Part shown: piece by piece, positions 42,203 through 54,220 of the stretch
How the letters are laid out: every line of letters begins with the position of its first letter
Position numbering within the stretch: the first letter of the stretch is position 1
DNA from: Eledone cirrhosa
Lineage: Eukaryota
NCBI GenBank assembly: GCA_964016885.1
Contig: OZ024742.1
Location: 180,172,001 to 180,236,000, forward strand
Direction of reading: 5' to 3'
Length of the DNA: 64,000 nt
Notes under the pieces: model-generated
Seen by the model: the letters and a program-made list of their open reading frames with translations, nothing else
What the model was told of the DNA's origin: nothing
The model's database searches: none
Program-made: the position numbers and the translations under genes

Positions 42203-43211
42203 AATACAATATGTAAAAAAGATAACACACTAGAGAGAGAGATAGTGCGCCATCAGTCAAACGGGGAAATACCACCAGTGTATGGAATCTATAGCCCATG
42301 GAAGGCAGAGTAGACACACAATAATTAAAAGTATAAATTAAAGTGTAAATACATACTTTGAAAAATATCTAACACACACGTACAAATCAAAAACAGATCT
42401 GTTTCGCCAAATAGGTTGTTGACAGAAATGATTAGCCCATGGTGCATCCGCGTGTGTAAGGCTATACATTTCAGACAACTCTAAGAGAATCTAAAGCGAC
42501 CATCCAGCCACACGTGGGAGAGAGAATTCACAGCGTGCCTAGGGCAGTAACCAGTGGTCTCTAGGGGACGAGCTGCTAGAAAGGGCAGCCCAAACAACTC
42601 AGAGAAGTGTGCTCAACCAAACAGAGAGAGAGGAAAGACTGTTATAAGGAGCGAAATATCACGATAAATTAACGGAGCCATATACTCCTTATAACAGTCT
42701 TTCCTCTCTCTCTGTTTGGTTGAGCACACTTCTCTGAGTGGTTTGGGATGCTCTTTCTAGCAGCTCGTCCCTCAGAGACCACTGGTTACTGCCCTAGGCA
42801 CGCTGTGAATTCTCTCTCCCACGTGTGGCTGGACGGTCGCTTTAGATTCTCTTAGAGTTGTCTGAAATGTATAGCCTTACACACACTGATGATCCATGGG
42901 CTAATCATTTCTGTCAACAACTTATTTAGCGAAACATTTTTTTGGATTTGTACGTGTGTGTTAGATAGTTATCGAGGTATGTATTTACACTTTAATTTAT
43001 ACTTTTAATTATTGTGTGTCTACTCTGCCTTCCATGGGCTATAGATTCCATACACTGGTGGTATTTCCTCGTTTGACTGATAGCGCACTATCTCTCTCTC
43101 TAGTGTATTATCTTTTCTACATATTGTATTATAAAGGGCTCGGGATTCCTTCTCCTTTGAATACATTACTGACAGGGAATAGCGAGAGTCTATGGCTCCG
43201 TTAATTTATCG

Positions 43212-43212
<1 letters not shown>
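42200..43212. mobile_element. Fold-back non-coding element, family F2
   Basis: 42200-42652 is inverted relative to 42684-43130; right arm has an 80-nt tail; flanked by (TA)n; related fragment at 49495-49697. Confidence 0.85.
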
Positions 43213-43281
<69 letters not shown>

Positions 43282-43462
43282 TCGTTTTTTAATTTGTTTT
43301 GCGAGATTTCTTATCTGAAAACATAAGCTGAAACAGATATTGTTATTCTTTGGGAGGGTCATGCTGCCAATATAAACACACGCACCTACTGGTATTCACT
43401 TCAATTTATTACAAGTGTCTGGCTGGTTGGTTGGTTTGATAACCGGAAGGTTGTCTATATAT

Positions 43463-43507
43463 TGTCAAAGTTCTTTCGTCACACATTCTGTGACCTCCTC
43501 AGTGACA
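43463..43507 (-). ncRNA. Type-I hammerhead motif in solo element 43280-43810
   Basis: Reverse strand: UGUCA-CUGAGGA-gGUCACAgaaugUGUGAC-GAAA-GaaC-UU/UGACA. Confidence 0.75.
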
Positions 43508-43808
43508 CGGTTTTTATTTTATTTTGTATCTCCCCTTTGTTTTGTCCTACACCATCTTGATTTTGTGTATTTATATAAAATAGTTTAGATGAGTTGATAA
43601 CACAAGCATATAAAAAAGCAAAGAATAATTCAAAGCTCAAATGTGATTTTATAGTCCACAGCAAGATAGGTAAAAAACAGTTCAAAGTTTAATCCAATTG
43701 GTAAATTTTCAATCATAGTAGTTTTACAATATCATAGAGCATATCTAAAATGAATAAAAAGTAACCAGGATTAAGTTACATTAAATTATTTTATTGATTT
43801 ACGAACGA

Positions 43809-43883
<75 letters not shown>

Positions 43884-43966
43884 TATGTGCGAATGTGAGT
43901 GTGAGAAAGAAGTGGCTTACATGGTCATGAGTTGTCTTCCACTAAATATATATGTGTATGTTTATA

Positions 43967-44033
<67 letters not shown>

Positions 44034-44364
44034 TTCGTATATATATCTATATTAAAATATTGATTAACACATAAATTTATTAATCATATTGTCTAACAAA
44101 AGTATAGGTTAACCAATGTGCTAAAAATATACCCACTGTTAGAACCTAAAGTCAGCTCTACTAATTTAAAATTTAACAATTTTCATTAGGAGAAGTAATA
44201 CATTAATTCAAGGGTACGAAATTGTCTAGACAAAACGTATCTACATATGCGTGTTTGTACATTTATATAGGCGCAATGACATAAGCAGATTTGAGAGTAA
44301 GGGAATGTACTTACATAAAGGTGTTGAAAGATCAATTCCTACCATCCATATGCATATACACACC

Positions 44365-44400
<36 letters not shown>

Positions 44401-44425
44401 TGTAATAAATAACATAAGGCAATTA

Positions 44426-44486
44426 TTTCATTTACCAGTGGTTTCTTAAAAGCCAAAAAAGTTTGCTTTCAATCATCAGAATGAAA
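44426..44486 (-). ncRNA. Type-I hammerhead motif
   Basis: Reverse strand: UUUCAUU-CUGAUGA-UUGAAAGC...GCUUUUAA-GAAA-CCAcUGG-UA/AAUGAAA; 7-bp stem I, 8-bp stem II. Confidence 0.88.
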
Positions 44487-44596
44487 AAATCCTGGTGTAT
44501 TTATTGACGTTGGATTTTAAAAACAAAAATGCAATCTATATGAAAGTGAGGCTGGAAAAGGAAGAAGGAAAGGAAAAATAACATATATGTAAAAAA

Positions 44597-44646
<50 letters not shown>

Positions 44647-44648
<2 letters not shown>

Positions 44649-45150
44649 GAATAAAGTTAGTCCTTCATCAGTGATCTTTCAACCATCATTGGTATTTCAT
44701 CGCTTTAAAGACCATATACCTCCGGTTGGTGCGAGCAACGGGTAAAAAAAGTCGTTGGGACACGTAAATAAAGGGGACACGAGTGTAAACAAACAAAAAT
44801 GGTGAAGCAACGAAAAGTGAGGAAGAGGGAGTCAAGTCCCAAATTTCTATGAATTTAAATTCGGTGAAATCGTGAACGAGATCACGATTTCACCGAATTT
44901 AAATTCATAGAAATTTGGTACTTGACTCCTTCTTCCTCATTTTTCGTTGCTTCACCATTTTTGTTTGTTTACACTCGTGTCCCCTTTATTTACGTGTCCC
45001 AACGACTTTTTTACCCGTTGCTCGCACCAACCGGAGGTGTATGGTCTTTAAAGCGATGAAATACCAATGATGGTTGGAAGATCACTGATGAAGGACTAAC
45101 TTTATTCATATGTAACCCATTAGCAACCCCGCAGCATGTTTATTTCATAT
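44647..45150. mobile_element. Fold-back element family F1, near-perfect palindrome
   Basis: Arms of about 228 bp (44647-44874 and 44882-45110), short spacer, 40-nt tail on the right. Confidence 0.88.
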
Positions 45151-45692
45151 ATATATAAATATATATATATAAATGCGTATAACTGAAGTTGTAGTTGTGA
45201 ATAGCATGTTTGCAATCGGATTTTGGAGGCTACCCCGAAGCACTCAATGAAAGAGAAATCAATAAAATAATCCTCAGTGTAATAGACATCAGTTAGGTAA
45301 TAGTGACACAATGAAAAATGCAGCCAGTCGTCTTGCCACCTTAATACTACAACAATGAAAATGCAGCCAGGTTAAAGACAAGCCTGGACCTGATTGAGAG
45401 ATATTAGTTATTAATCGATAAATATCTTCGATATGTTTCTGGGAATTTGGAAGATACACTCCAAGTTGCATAACATACAAATCAGTACTGTATGTGAAGA
45501 TGGAATGAGGATTTACTTTCATAAACAGGTATTTCGTTCTAGTATCCACTTTGCATGGCTTAAGAGACCAGACTGCCAATGACTGTAGCAGTAAATTTGG
45601 CTGTGGGGTCATGTGTACTTTTTCATGACCACCATAGGTACATCTGACTTTATCATACAGCATCTATTCATTTTTCCATTAACATTACAAGG

Positions 45693-45777
45693 GGTCTGAT
45701 GAGCCGCAGATTACAGAGTCAGGTCAGATCGATACAGATCGAACCTTGAGCTGATCGGTGTCGAAACGAGCGTCACC
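45693..45777 (+). ncRNA. Hammerhead motif
   Basis: GGU-CUGAUGA-gccg...cggu-guc-GAAA-CGagCG-UC/ACC, followed by AAUAAA and then (TA)n. Confidence 0.65.
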
Positions 45778-45889
45778 AACCAATAAATGTAATGAAGGAG
45801 TAACCAATCATCCTTGTTATCTTATTTCACTATATGTATATATATATATATATATATATACATATACATACGTGTGTGTATATATATAT

Positions 45890-45968
<79 letters not shown>

Positions 45969-46219
45969 CATAGATGCATTGCCAAAGAAAAGTTGGATAG
46001 CAACTAAAAGAACTTACGTAAAGATGGTAAAAAAAAACAATTTTACATTTAACAGTAGCTTATAAACTCATAAGCACCTGAAGAAACGTCTCTAATTTGA
46101 TGCCTCTTGTATTTTTGAGATATGGTTAAATTTCGGCCTTGAAACCTTGGGTAGTCCCTTTGTACGAACATAAATAGATAATATACATATATATATGTAT
46201 TAACAATTTCTGTTACCTA

Positions 46220-47235
46220 TGTGATTAAATTATCAGTGGAAGAGGGTGTTCCTAAAGTACAATAGCCAGAGTAAAAATGGGATGAAGAAAGTCCAGGGAA
46301 CTACTGCAGCTGGTAGCTACTTAAGGTTTTCCCATAAAAATGAAGGGTAGATTGTGTGGTGCATGTATACGAACAGCAATGTTGCATGGTAGTGAGACTT
46401 GGGCGCTGTGTGCAGAGGACCTATGAAGATTGGAAAGAAATGAAGTCTGCATGCTCTGACGGATGTGTAATAGTTATATACATGAATGGCAGAGCATAAA
46501 TGAACTGAAAGAGAAACTATGTAAAAGAGGGACCATATTCAATGTGCAGGAGAGAAAATTGAATTGGTATGGACATGTGATGCTTATGAATGATGACAGC
46601 TGTATAAAAAGGTAGAGAGCACTCAAAAATGCTGGTAGCAATGGAGTAGAAAGACCCAGGAAGACATGGAACGATGGGATAAAAGCATACCTTGCAAAAT
46701 TGCACCTCTCAGAGGCAATGACACAGGACTGAGATCTCTGGCATTATGCAGTAATACAGAAGACCAGCCATCCCATGAGCACAGAATGAAGCATACATAT
46801 AGTATGCAACAACTTTGCCTCCATCCCTTTTCCATACACCTCCCACTTGCTAACACCATACCCATGTTCTAATTCTCCACCCCGCACACACCTCCCTCAC
46901 TAAAGTCCTCAGTCCACACTGTAAAGTGATTGTTTTAGTGAAACCGACAAAACGCACCCAGCCCACACTATTAACTGGTTGTGTTGGCATCACAAAAAAA
47001 ATGCACCCAGCTCACACTGTAAAATGGTCGTGTAGGTGTCATGACAAAAAGTAGCCAGCAAACACTGTAAATGTGGTTGGCAATAGGAAGGGCATCCAGC
47101 CATAGAAACACAGCCAGAACAGTTCTTTATGAGCAAGACATGGTCATCAGACCTGGCATGCCTCAAATAGAACAACCTGTCTAATCCATGCTAGTATGGA
47201 AAATGGAGTTAAATGTTGATGATGATAATGATGTT
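46220..47235 (+). mobile_element. Decayed RTE 3' fragment and RTE-related tandem-repeat SINE
   Basis: MLHGSETWAL...WYGHVM...RKTQEDM remnants; aggaagggcatccagc motif; (GAT)n tail. Confidence 0.65.
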
Positions 47236-47773
47236 TTGGGTGTGCTTGTGTGCATGTAAATAAATATGTGTTGTATCCTTGAGCAAGACACTTTATTTCA
47301 CATTGCTACAGTTTACTTAGCTGTAGAAATGAGATGCTAGGACTGGGGTCCCTATCATTCCACTGCGAAGTGGTTGTGGAGGTGCCACAGCAAAAAAGCA
47401 CCCACCCCACACTGTAAAGTGGACATGTAGGCGCCACAGAAAAAAGCACCCACCCCCACACTGTAAAGAGGACGTGTAGGCGCCACGGAAAAAAAGCACC
47501 CAGCACTCAGTGTATGAGGTTGGTATTAGGAAGGGCATCCAGCTGTAGAAATCAAGCCCAAATCAGTTCCCATCCCACCCTTGCAATCAGAGAAAAGCGG
47601 ACGTAAAATGATGATGATGATGATGATATATATATATATATATTGCGCAGGCCGGTGGGGGTAAATTGGTACTCACAAGGGAGCGGATGAAAAACCCCAA
47701 AACACGCAATTCATCCGTTCCCTTGTCGATCCAATTTGGATTGCCTCGGAAACATAACCTTATTATGTAACAA

Positions 47774-47847
47774 GCTGTCTGATGATGACACAATACTCGC
47801 ACACAGAACAGTGTTGCCAGTGTCGTCACTGAAATATATATCACAGC
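47774..47847 (+). ncRNA. Type-I hammerhead motif in solo element 47644-47971
   Basis: GCUGU-CUGAUGA-UGACAC...GUGUCG-ucacu-GAAA-UAUAUA-UC/ACAGC. Confidence 0.8.
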
Positions 47848-47969
47848 ATTATTATTAAAGGACTTGAACATCTGAAACTACTTCGCTTTTCCTTATTCGA
47901 TATTTACTCCGTCACTCCTATGTGGAAAAGTACGTTGAGTGCTTGAATTGAATTGCATCAATATTTACC

Positions 47970-48028
<59 letters not shown>

Positions 48029-48039
48029 GAGTGAGTTTC

Positions 48040-48106
<67 letters not shown>

Positions 48107-48108
<2 letters not shown>

Positions 48109-48470
48109 GGTAATGGATGGGTGCTACACGAGAATGCTGAGGATGGCTCTGAACATTAATCAGTATACACTGAGGATGAAAAACTCAGAGCTGTATGGGA
48201 GCATCCCAAAAGTCAGCTCAAAAGTGACACAGAGGAGACTGAGGTTGGCTGGACATGCTCACCGACATCCAGAGTTGACATTGCACTCAGTGCTCCTTTG
48301 GGATCCCCTACATGGACACACTGGAAGAGGAAGACCAAGGTTAACATATGTTGATGCCCTAAGGACAGACACTGGTCTGTTGGAGATGCAGGATATGGCA
48401 GCGATAATGAGGGACAGAGACCGCTGGAGAGAACTCGTCCATGGATCGCGGGAATTTTACCCGCCTTAGA
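48107..48470 (+). mobile_element. 5'-truncated RTE-like LINE 3' end in (TA)n
   Basis: Open frame DGCYTRMLR...RRLRLAGH..RH...GRGRPRLTYVD...MRDRDRWRELV, typical of an RTE C-terminus. Confidence 0.8.
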
Positions 48471-48498
48471 TAGATATATATATATATACACACACACA

Positions 48499-48564
<66 letters not shown>

Positions 48565-48597
48565 AAGAAATTAAGATATGGTTAAAGAAGTTCCGTA

Positions 48598-48667
48598 TAT
48601 TTTATTATGCGCATTTCGAAAACAACATCATCCTGGGACAAAAATTGTGTTCTCATCAGATAAAATA
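48598..48667 (-). ncRNA. Type-I hammerhead motif
   Basis: Reverse strand: UAUUUUAU-CUGAUGA-GAA...UUC-GAAA-UGCGCA-UA/AUAAAAUA; palindromic stem III AUGCGCAU. Confidence 0.88.
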
Positions 48668-48896
48668 AGGTAACATGATGTGAGGCCTAAAAAAACTTGT
48701 CAACAGGAAAGTGCAAAGCCTACATATGACAGAAAGTATAAAAGTAAATAACGGCTAAAACGTAAATTGATGAGGTGTATGTGCGAATATTATAGATGGT
48801 ATTCAAATATTAGAGGTCTAAAATATAGAAACTGGGTATATTATTTTATATTGGGTTTAAATACTAAAACTTGGATTAAGAAATGTAAAAATGTAT

Positions 48897-49107
48897 TAAT
48901 AAAATAAAATAAAATTAAAATAAGTATAAATAAAGATTTTTAAATAAAATAAAATAAAATAAAGTAAAATAAAATAAAATAAAATAAAATAAAATAAAAT
49001 AAAATAAAATAAAATAAAATAAAATAAAATAAAATAAAATAAAATAAAATAAAATAAAATAAAATAAAATAAAATAAAATAAAATAAAATAAAATAAAAT
49101 AAAATAA
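48897..49107. repeat. (AAAAT)n microsatellite
   Basis: Directly visible. Confidence 0.95.
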
Positions 49108-49692
49108 AAAAAAAAAATAAAAATAGTCTATATATGTTAAAATTAAACATTTCTATTAAAAATCCATATACGTGGGGTATACTATTTAATTATTATTTAA
49201 TATCAACAAGTAAATAAAGGAAATTGCTAGAAAGGTTTATAAACGTAGAAAAACATAAGACGTCATAGTTTGTTTACAAAATCTACGAAGGTTTGAGCGA
49301 AAATGTAAGGCTATCGAATAAAGGTCAAAGGCTTAAAATATGCTGAGAAAACTAAATTAATACATTGTAGAATATAATGAAATATGTGTAAAAAAAAAAT
49401 ATAAAAAAAATATATATATGTAAAAAGAATATATATGTAAACAAATATATGTAAAAAAAAAAGTATTTATTTACGCTTTAATTTATATTTTTAATTATCG
49501 TGTCTATACTCTGCTTTTCATAGGTTATTGATTCATACACTGGTGGTTTTTCCCTGTTTTATTGACAGCGCACTGTATCTCTCTCTAGTGTGTTACCTTT
49601 TCAACATATTGTATTTTAACGAGCTCAGGATTTCCTCTCCTTTGAGCACATTATTTACAGGGAATGGCGAGAGTCTATGGCTCCGTTAATGT

Positions 49693-49733
<41 letters not shown>

Positions 49734-49735
<2 letters not shown>

Positions 49736-50125
49736 CATACGTCAAGACGGGCGGTCTCAAAAGTGAAACTAATTTTTGACAGTTACGATTGTGAATTTGT
49801 TTGTTTTTTTACAACAGGTCTCAATAGTGAAAGTATAATGCAGACACACGAAATTGTATGGATTTCTTAATATATATATATGTGTCGGTGTGTATATGTG
49901 TGTATATATATGTGTGTGTGTATGTATATATATATATATATATATGTGTGTGTTTGTATATATATATGTGTTTGTGTGATCATCATCGTTTAACGTCTAT
50001 CTTCCACGCAAGCATGGGTTTAGACGTATATATATGTTTGTGTGTATATATGTGTTTGTGTGTATATATATGTGTGTTTGTGTGTATATATATGTGTTTT
50101 GAGACCGCCCGTCTTGACGTATGCC
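49734..50125. mobile_element. MITE-like element with 29-bp terminal inverted repeats in (TA)n
   Basis: GGCATACGTCAAGACGGGCGGTCTCAAAA at 49734-49762 and its perfect reverse complement at 50097-50125. Confidence 0.75.
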
Positions 50126-50159
50126 ATATATATATATATATATATATACATATATATAT

Positions 50160-51494
50160 AGTTTTGCGAGGTTTTTGATATGAAATCGTGTGTCGAAACA
50201 AATATTGTGATACTTGGGGAGGGTCATATTTGTGCAATATTGAAAGATTCAATAACAGATTGGTTTTCGCTTTTCGCTTCTGTGTCTTTTATATCGGTTA
50301 ATTTAATTTAATCGATCCTCAATGTTGCCATTGACTGACCAACGGTCAAAAATACAGATACAATATAGACACAAACACTTATATATAGTTTATCAAAGTT
50401 CTTTCGTTGCACATCTGCAACATCGTCAGTGGTGCTATTGTTTCCTCCCGTTGCATTGTATTTTCGATGCCATCTTTATTTAGTCTGTTTATATATTTAT
50501 TTATTTGTTTATTTTATTTTGCGCATGCGTTTGCGTGTGTGTATAGTGTTTTGTTTGATGTGTGTTCGTGATTGGGTGACTGTGTATTGGTTAATGTATT
50601 CTATCTTTACTAGTGTGTGTTTATATGTGTTTGTTGTTATTGTGCTTGTGTATGTATTTATTTATTTATTTATCTATTTATTTATTTATCTATTTATTTA
50701 TTTATCTATTTATTTATTTATTTATACTTCTCTTAAGGCAGTGCTGTTTGTTTGGGTGTTATTATTCCATTCATTTTTTTCTGTTTAGCCTTGGTCTTCT
50801 AAGTTCTATTTCACTGGCCTCTCTGATTTGCCTATCTGCTGGGTCATTTCTATGTTTATATATTAAAATAATATCTAAACATAGAAATGACCCAGTAGAT
50901 AGGCCAGTGAAATAGAACTTAGAAGGCCAGGGCTAAACAGAAAAAATGAATGGAATAATAACACCCAAACAAACAGCTCTGCCTTAAGAGAAGTATAAAT
51001 AAATAAATAAATAGATAAATAAATAAATAAATACATACACAAGCACAATAAAAACAAACACATATAAACACACACTAGTAAAGATAGAATACATTAACCA
51101 ATACACAGTCACCCAATCACGAACACACATTAAACAAAACACTATACACATGCGCAAAGAAGACAAAATAAAATAAACAAATAAATAAATATATAAACAG
51201 ACTAAAGAAAGATGGCATCGAAATTACAATGCAACGGGAGGAAACAATAGCACCACTGACGATGTTGCAGATGTGCAACGAAAGAACTTTGATAAACTAT
51301 ATATATGTGTTTGTGTCTATATTGTATCTGTATTTTTGACCGTTGGTCAGTCAATGGCAACATTGAGGACCGAATAAATTAAATTAACCGATATAAAAGA
51401 CACAGAAGCGAAAAGCGAAAACCAACCAAACAGTGAGTGTGTTCTGTTATTAATTCTGGCAATATTACACAAATATGACCCTCCCCAAGTATAA

Positions 51495-51497
<3 letters not shown>
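50160..51497. mobile_element. Fold-back non-coding element, family F3, arms about 620-650 bp
   Basis: 50211-50860 is inverted relative to 50874-51491; about 50-nt tail on the left; hammerhead cores in both arms; related to 43280-43520. Confidence 0.88.
51252..51293 (+). ncRNA. Hammerhead motif with weak stem I; mirror copy at 50392-50433 (minus)
   Basis: AcCA-CUGACGA-uGUUGCAgaugUGCAAC-GAAA-GaaC-UU/UGaU. Confidence 0.6.
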
Positions 51498-51542
<45 letters not shown>

Positions 51543-51548
51543 TTATAC

Positions 51549-51596
<48 letters not shown>

Positions 51597-51603
51597 TATA
51601 TAT

Positions 51604-51862
51604 ATCAACATACGTTAACCTTGGTTTTCCTCTTCCGGTGTGTCCATGTAGGGGCTCCCACAGGAGCACTTAGTGCAATGTCAACTCTGGGTGTCGGTGA
51701 GCATGTCCAGCTAACCCCAGTCTCCTCTGTGTCACTTTGAGCTGACTTTTGGGAGGCTCCTATACAGACACTGGTCTGTTGGAGACGTAGGACATGGCAG
51801 CGATAATGAGGGACAGAGACCGCTGGAGAGAACTCGTCCATGGATCTCGGGAATCTTACCCG

Positions 51863-51865
<3 letters not shown>
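51604..51865. mobile_element. 5'-inverted copy of the RTE-like 3' end
   Basis: 51604-51767 is the reverse complement of 48191-48355; 51764-51865 matches 48365-48465 directly. Confidence 0.85.
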
Positions 51866-51927
<62 letters not shown>

Positions 51928-51928
<1 letters not shown>

Positions 51929-52567
51929 ATAAAAAAGAACATTTCGCTCTACATGGCTGAATACAATAAATGTAATCTGAGTTTTTCGAATATCAATAAT
52001 AACATTCGATTCGTTTGCAATTTTGCAAACAAGCCATGTCAGTAGAATGAATACTTCATTCTTGCTCTTGTGTTGGCATGCGAACAGAACTGCAGACACT
52101 AATGTTTCTGGGTATTACCCTTCATCAGTACAGTTCAATGTTCACCTGCCAAACTCTCAGAGCTTGTGAAAATATATGCTATTTTTCAAAAATACACAGT
52201 GACTGATCGGCCTGATTTGCATATTAGCAGACTTGCTGATCAGTCAGATCTTCATATTAGCTGATCCACTGATCAGCCATATTTACATATCAGCAGACTG
52301 GCCAGTCAGTTTCCTGTATACAAGCGATAAATGGCCGGCTTTGCCAAATTCAAATAAAAAAGAAAATTTCCCTCTACATGGCTGAATACAATGATGAAGG
52401 GTGATACTCAGAAACATTAGTGTCTGCAGTTCTGTTCGCATGCCAATACAAGAGCAAGAATGAAGTGTTCATTCTATTGACATGGCTATAAAATTGAGGC
52501 TTTTTTGCAAAATTGCAAACGAATCGAATGTTAATATTAATATTTGAAAAACTCAGATTACATTTAT
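51928..52567 (-). mobile_element. Non-coding hammerhead element, family F4: terminally redundant 425-nt unit plus inverted partial copy
   Basis: 40-nt direct repeat at 51928-51967 and 52353-52392; 52392-52567 is inverted relative to 51966-52127. Confidence 0.85.
52087..52136 (-). ncRNA. Type-I hammerhead ribozyme motif
   Basis: Reverse strand: GAACUGUA-CUGAUGA-aGGGuaauaCCCa-GAAA-CAuuagUG-UC/UGCAGUUC; 8-bp stem I, GUC triplet. Confidence 0.9.
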
Positions 52568-53239
52568 ATATATATATCATCATCATCATCATCGTTTAAC
52601 GTCTATCTTCCATGCTAGCATGGGTTTAGACGTGTATATATATATACACACACACATACATACAGATGCTATGTTCTCTGTTAATCCTGTTAAATTGCTT
52701 TCAATCTCAATTAGTTTACAACAGTCAAATCTGCAATCAAGTGAATTTTCTATCAACTTCTTCATTGATATTTACGTTTTTATTCTTGTTTAACGCGCTT
52801 GAAAATTATTGAATACTTCTGGTTGCCATAGATACATCATAAAGACATATTTACTAGTAAAACAGTCGGGCATGGCTCTCAAGAAATGGCTGAGTGGATA
52901 AGCAATTCAAATGTATATGTTTTCTCACCACCACCTCTCCATTTCACTATTTTCCAGACTGCCATGCCAGATGTGACAAAGAGATGGAGTGTCTCCTCTA
53001 TATAATCAAATACATTGATTGATTTCTTTCAGCTTCTTACTTTAAAAAATCAATACATTAAACATGGCTGTTCTATAATGATTTGAATATATTGGCAGGT
53101 GAGTGTTTGATAGAAAAGAAAGGCCCGATGGAAAGAGCAATGGTCCTTTCCATTCTCTCTGCAGAGTGCCTTTTCAGTCATGCTTTCAGCCACTCTCACC
53201 TACTACTACCTCTCTTTGCTTTACCAAAGTTACAATGAC

Positions 53240-54220
53240 CTCTCCAGTGTCAGTACCATGATAAAATGCTCCCTCTACACTTTTGGTAGTACTGGTGCTA
53301 TAAAAATACACTCATTACACTCTGTAAACTGGTAGTGCTAGGTCCACAATAAAATGCACCCAGTACACTCTGTAACAATGTAGTGCTGGTGTCATGATGA
53401 AATACACCCAATACAATCTATAAATTAGTAGTGCTGGTGACACAACAAAATACACCCAGTAAACACTATAATTGTGTTGGCATTAGGAAGGGCATCGAGC
53501 TGTAGAAATAATGTCTCAAAATGGGATGTATGAGCAACATATCCCTGTGATCTGACTAGTCTTGGACAGTGATAACCCATCCAACTCATACCAAATTGAC
53601 TCAAGCTTTGCAAATAAAATTAGGTAGATGGAAACCTTTTAGAATCTCATAACTTGGACTATACCAGTAATTCTAAGGCCAGTTTTGTCACACTGTGTCA
53701 TTCTGAATCTCTCTGAGAATAGCATTAAAGCTACATGTGTTTGTGGAATATTCAGCCACATAAACGATAATTTCCTGTGACAGCCATTCTATTGATTGAA
53801 TAATTAGAACAACCACCCACTCCTGTCGACACCACCCTTACACTGTGAAAAAAACATATCCAGCCCACACTGTAAAATGATCGTGTAGGTGTCATGACAA
53901 AAAGCACCCAGCCCACACTGTAAAGTGGTTGTGTAGGTGTCATGAAAAAAAGCACCCAGCCTTTACTGTAGAGTGGTCATGTAAGAGTCATGACAAAAAG
54001 CACCCAGTACACACTGTAAAGTGGTCGTGTAGGTATCACAACAAAAACCACCACACTGAAAATGTGTCCTTAGGAAGGGCATCCAGACGTAGAAACCTAG
54101 CCAGAAACAGTTCTATATGAGTAAGACATGGTCATCTGACCTAACTTGCCTCAAATGGGATGATCTGTCTAACCCATGCTAGCATGGAAAATGGACCTTA
54201 AATGATGATGATGATGATTG
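53240..54220 (+). mobile_element. Two RTE-related SINE-like repeats with internal tandem arrays of about 50-55 bp
   Basis: Units aaaa(g/t)cacccag(c/t)(c/a)cacactgtaa...gtgtcatga precede aggaagggcatc(c/g)ag; the second ends ccatgctagcatggaaaatggac...(tga)n. Confidence 0.65.

Noticed and set aside
46074-46157. Hammerhead candidate GCAC-CUGAAGA...GAAACCUUGGGUA/GUCC
   Set aside because: Stem I has a mismatch and stem II closes poorly; counted only as a weak candidate and not listed as a feature.
53033-53104. Possible host exon bounded by ttctttcag and CAG/GTGAGT
   Set aside because: Stops in all three frames and no supporting evidence.
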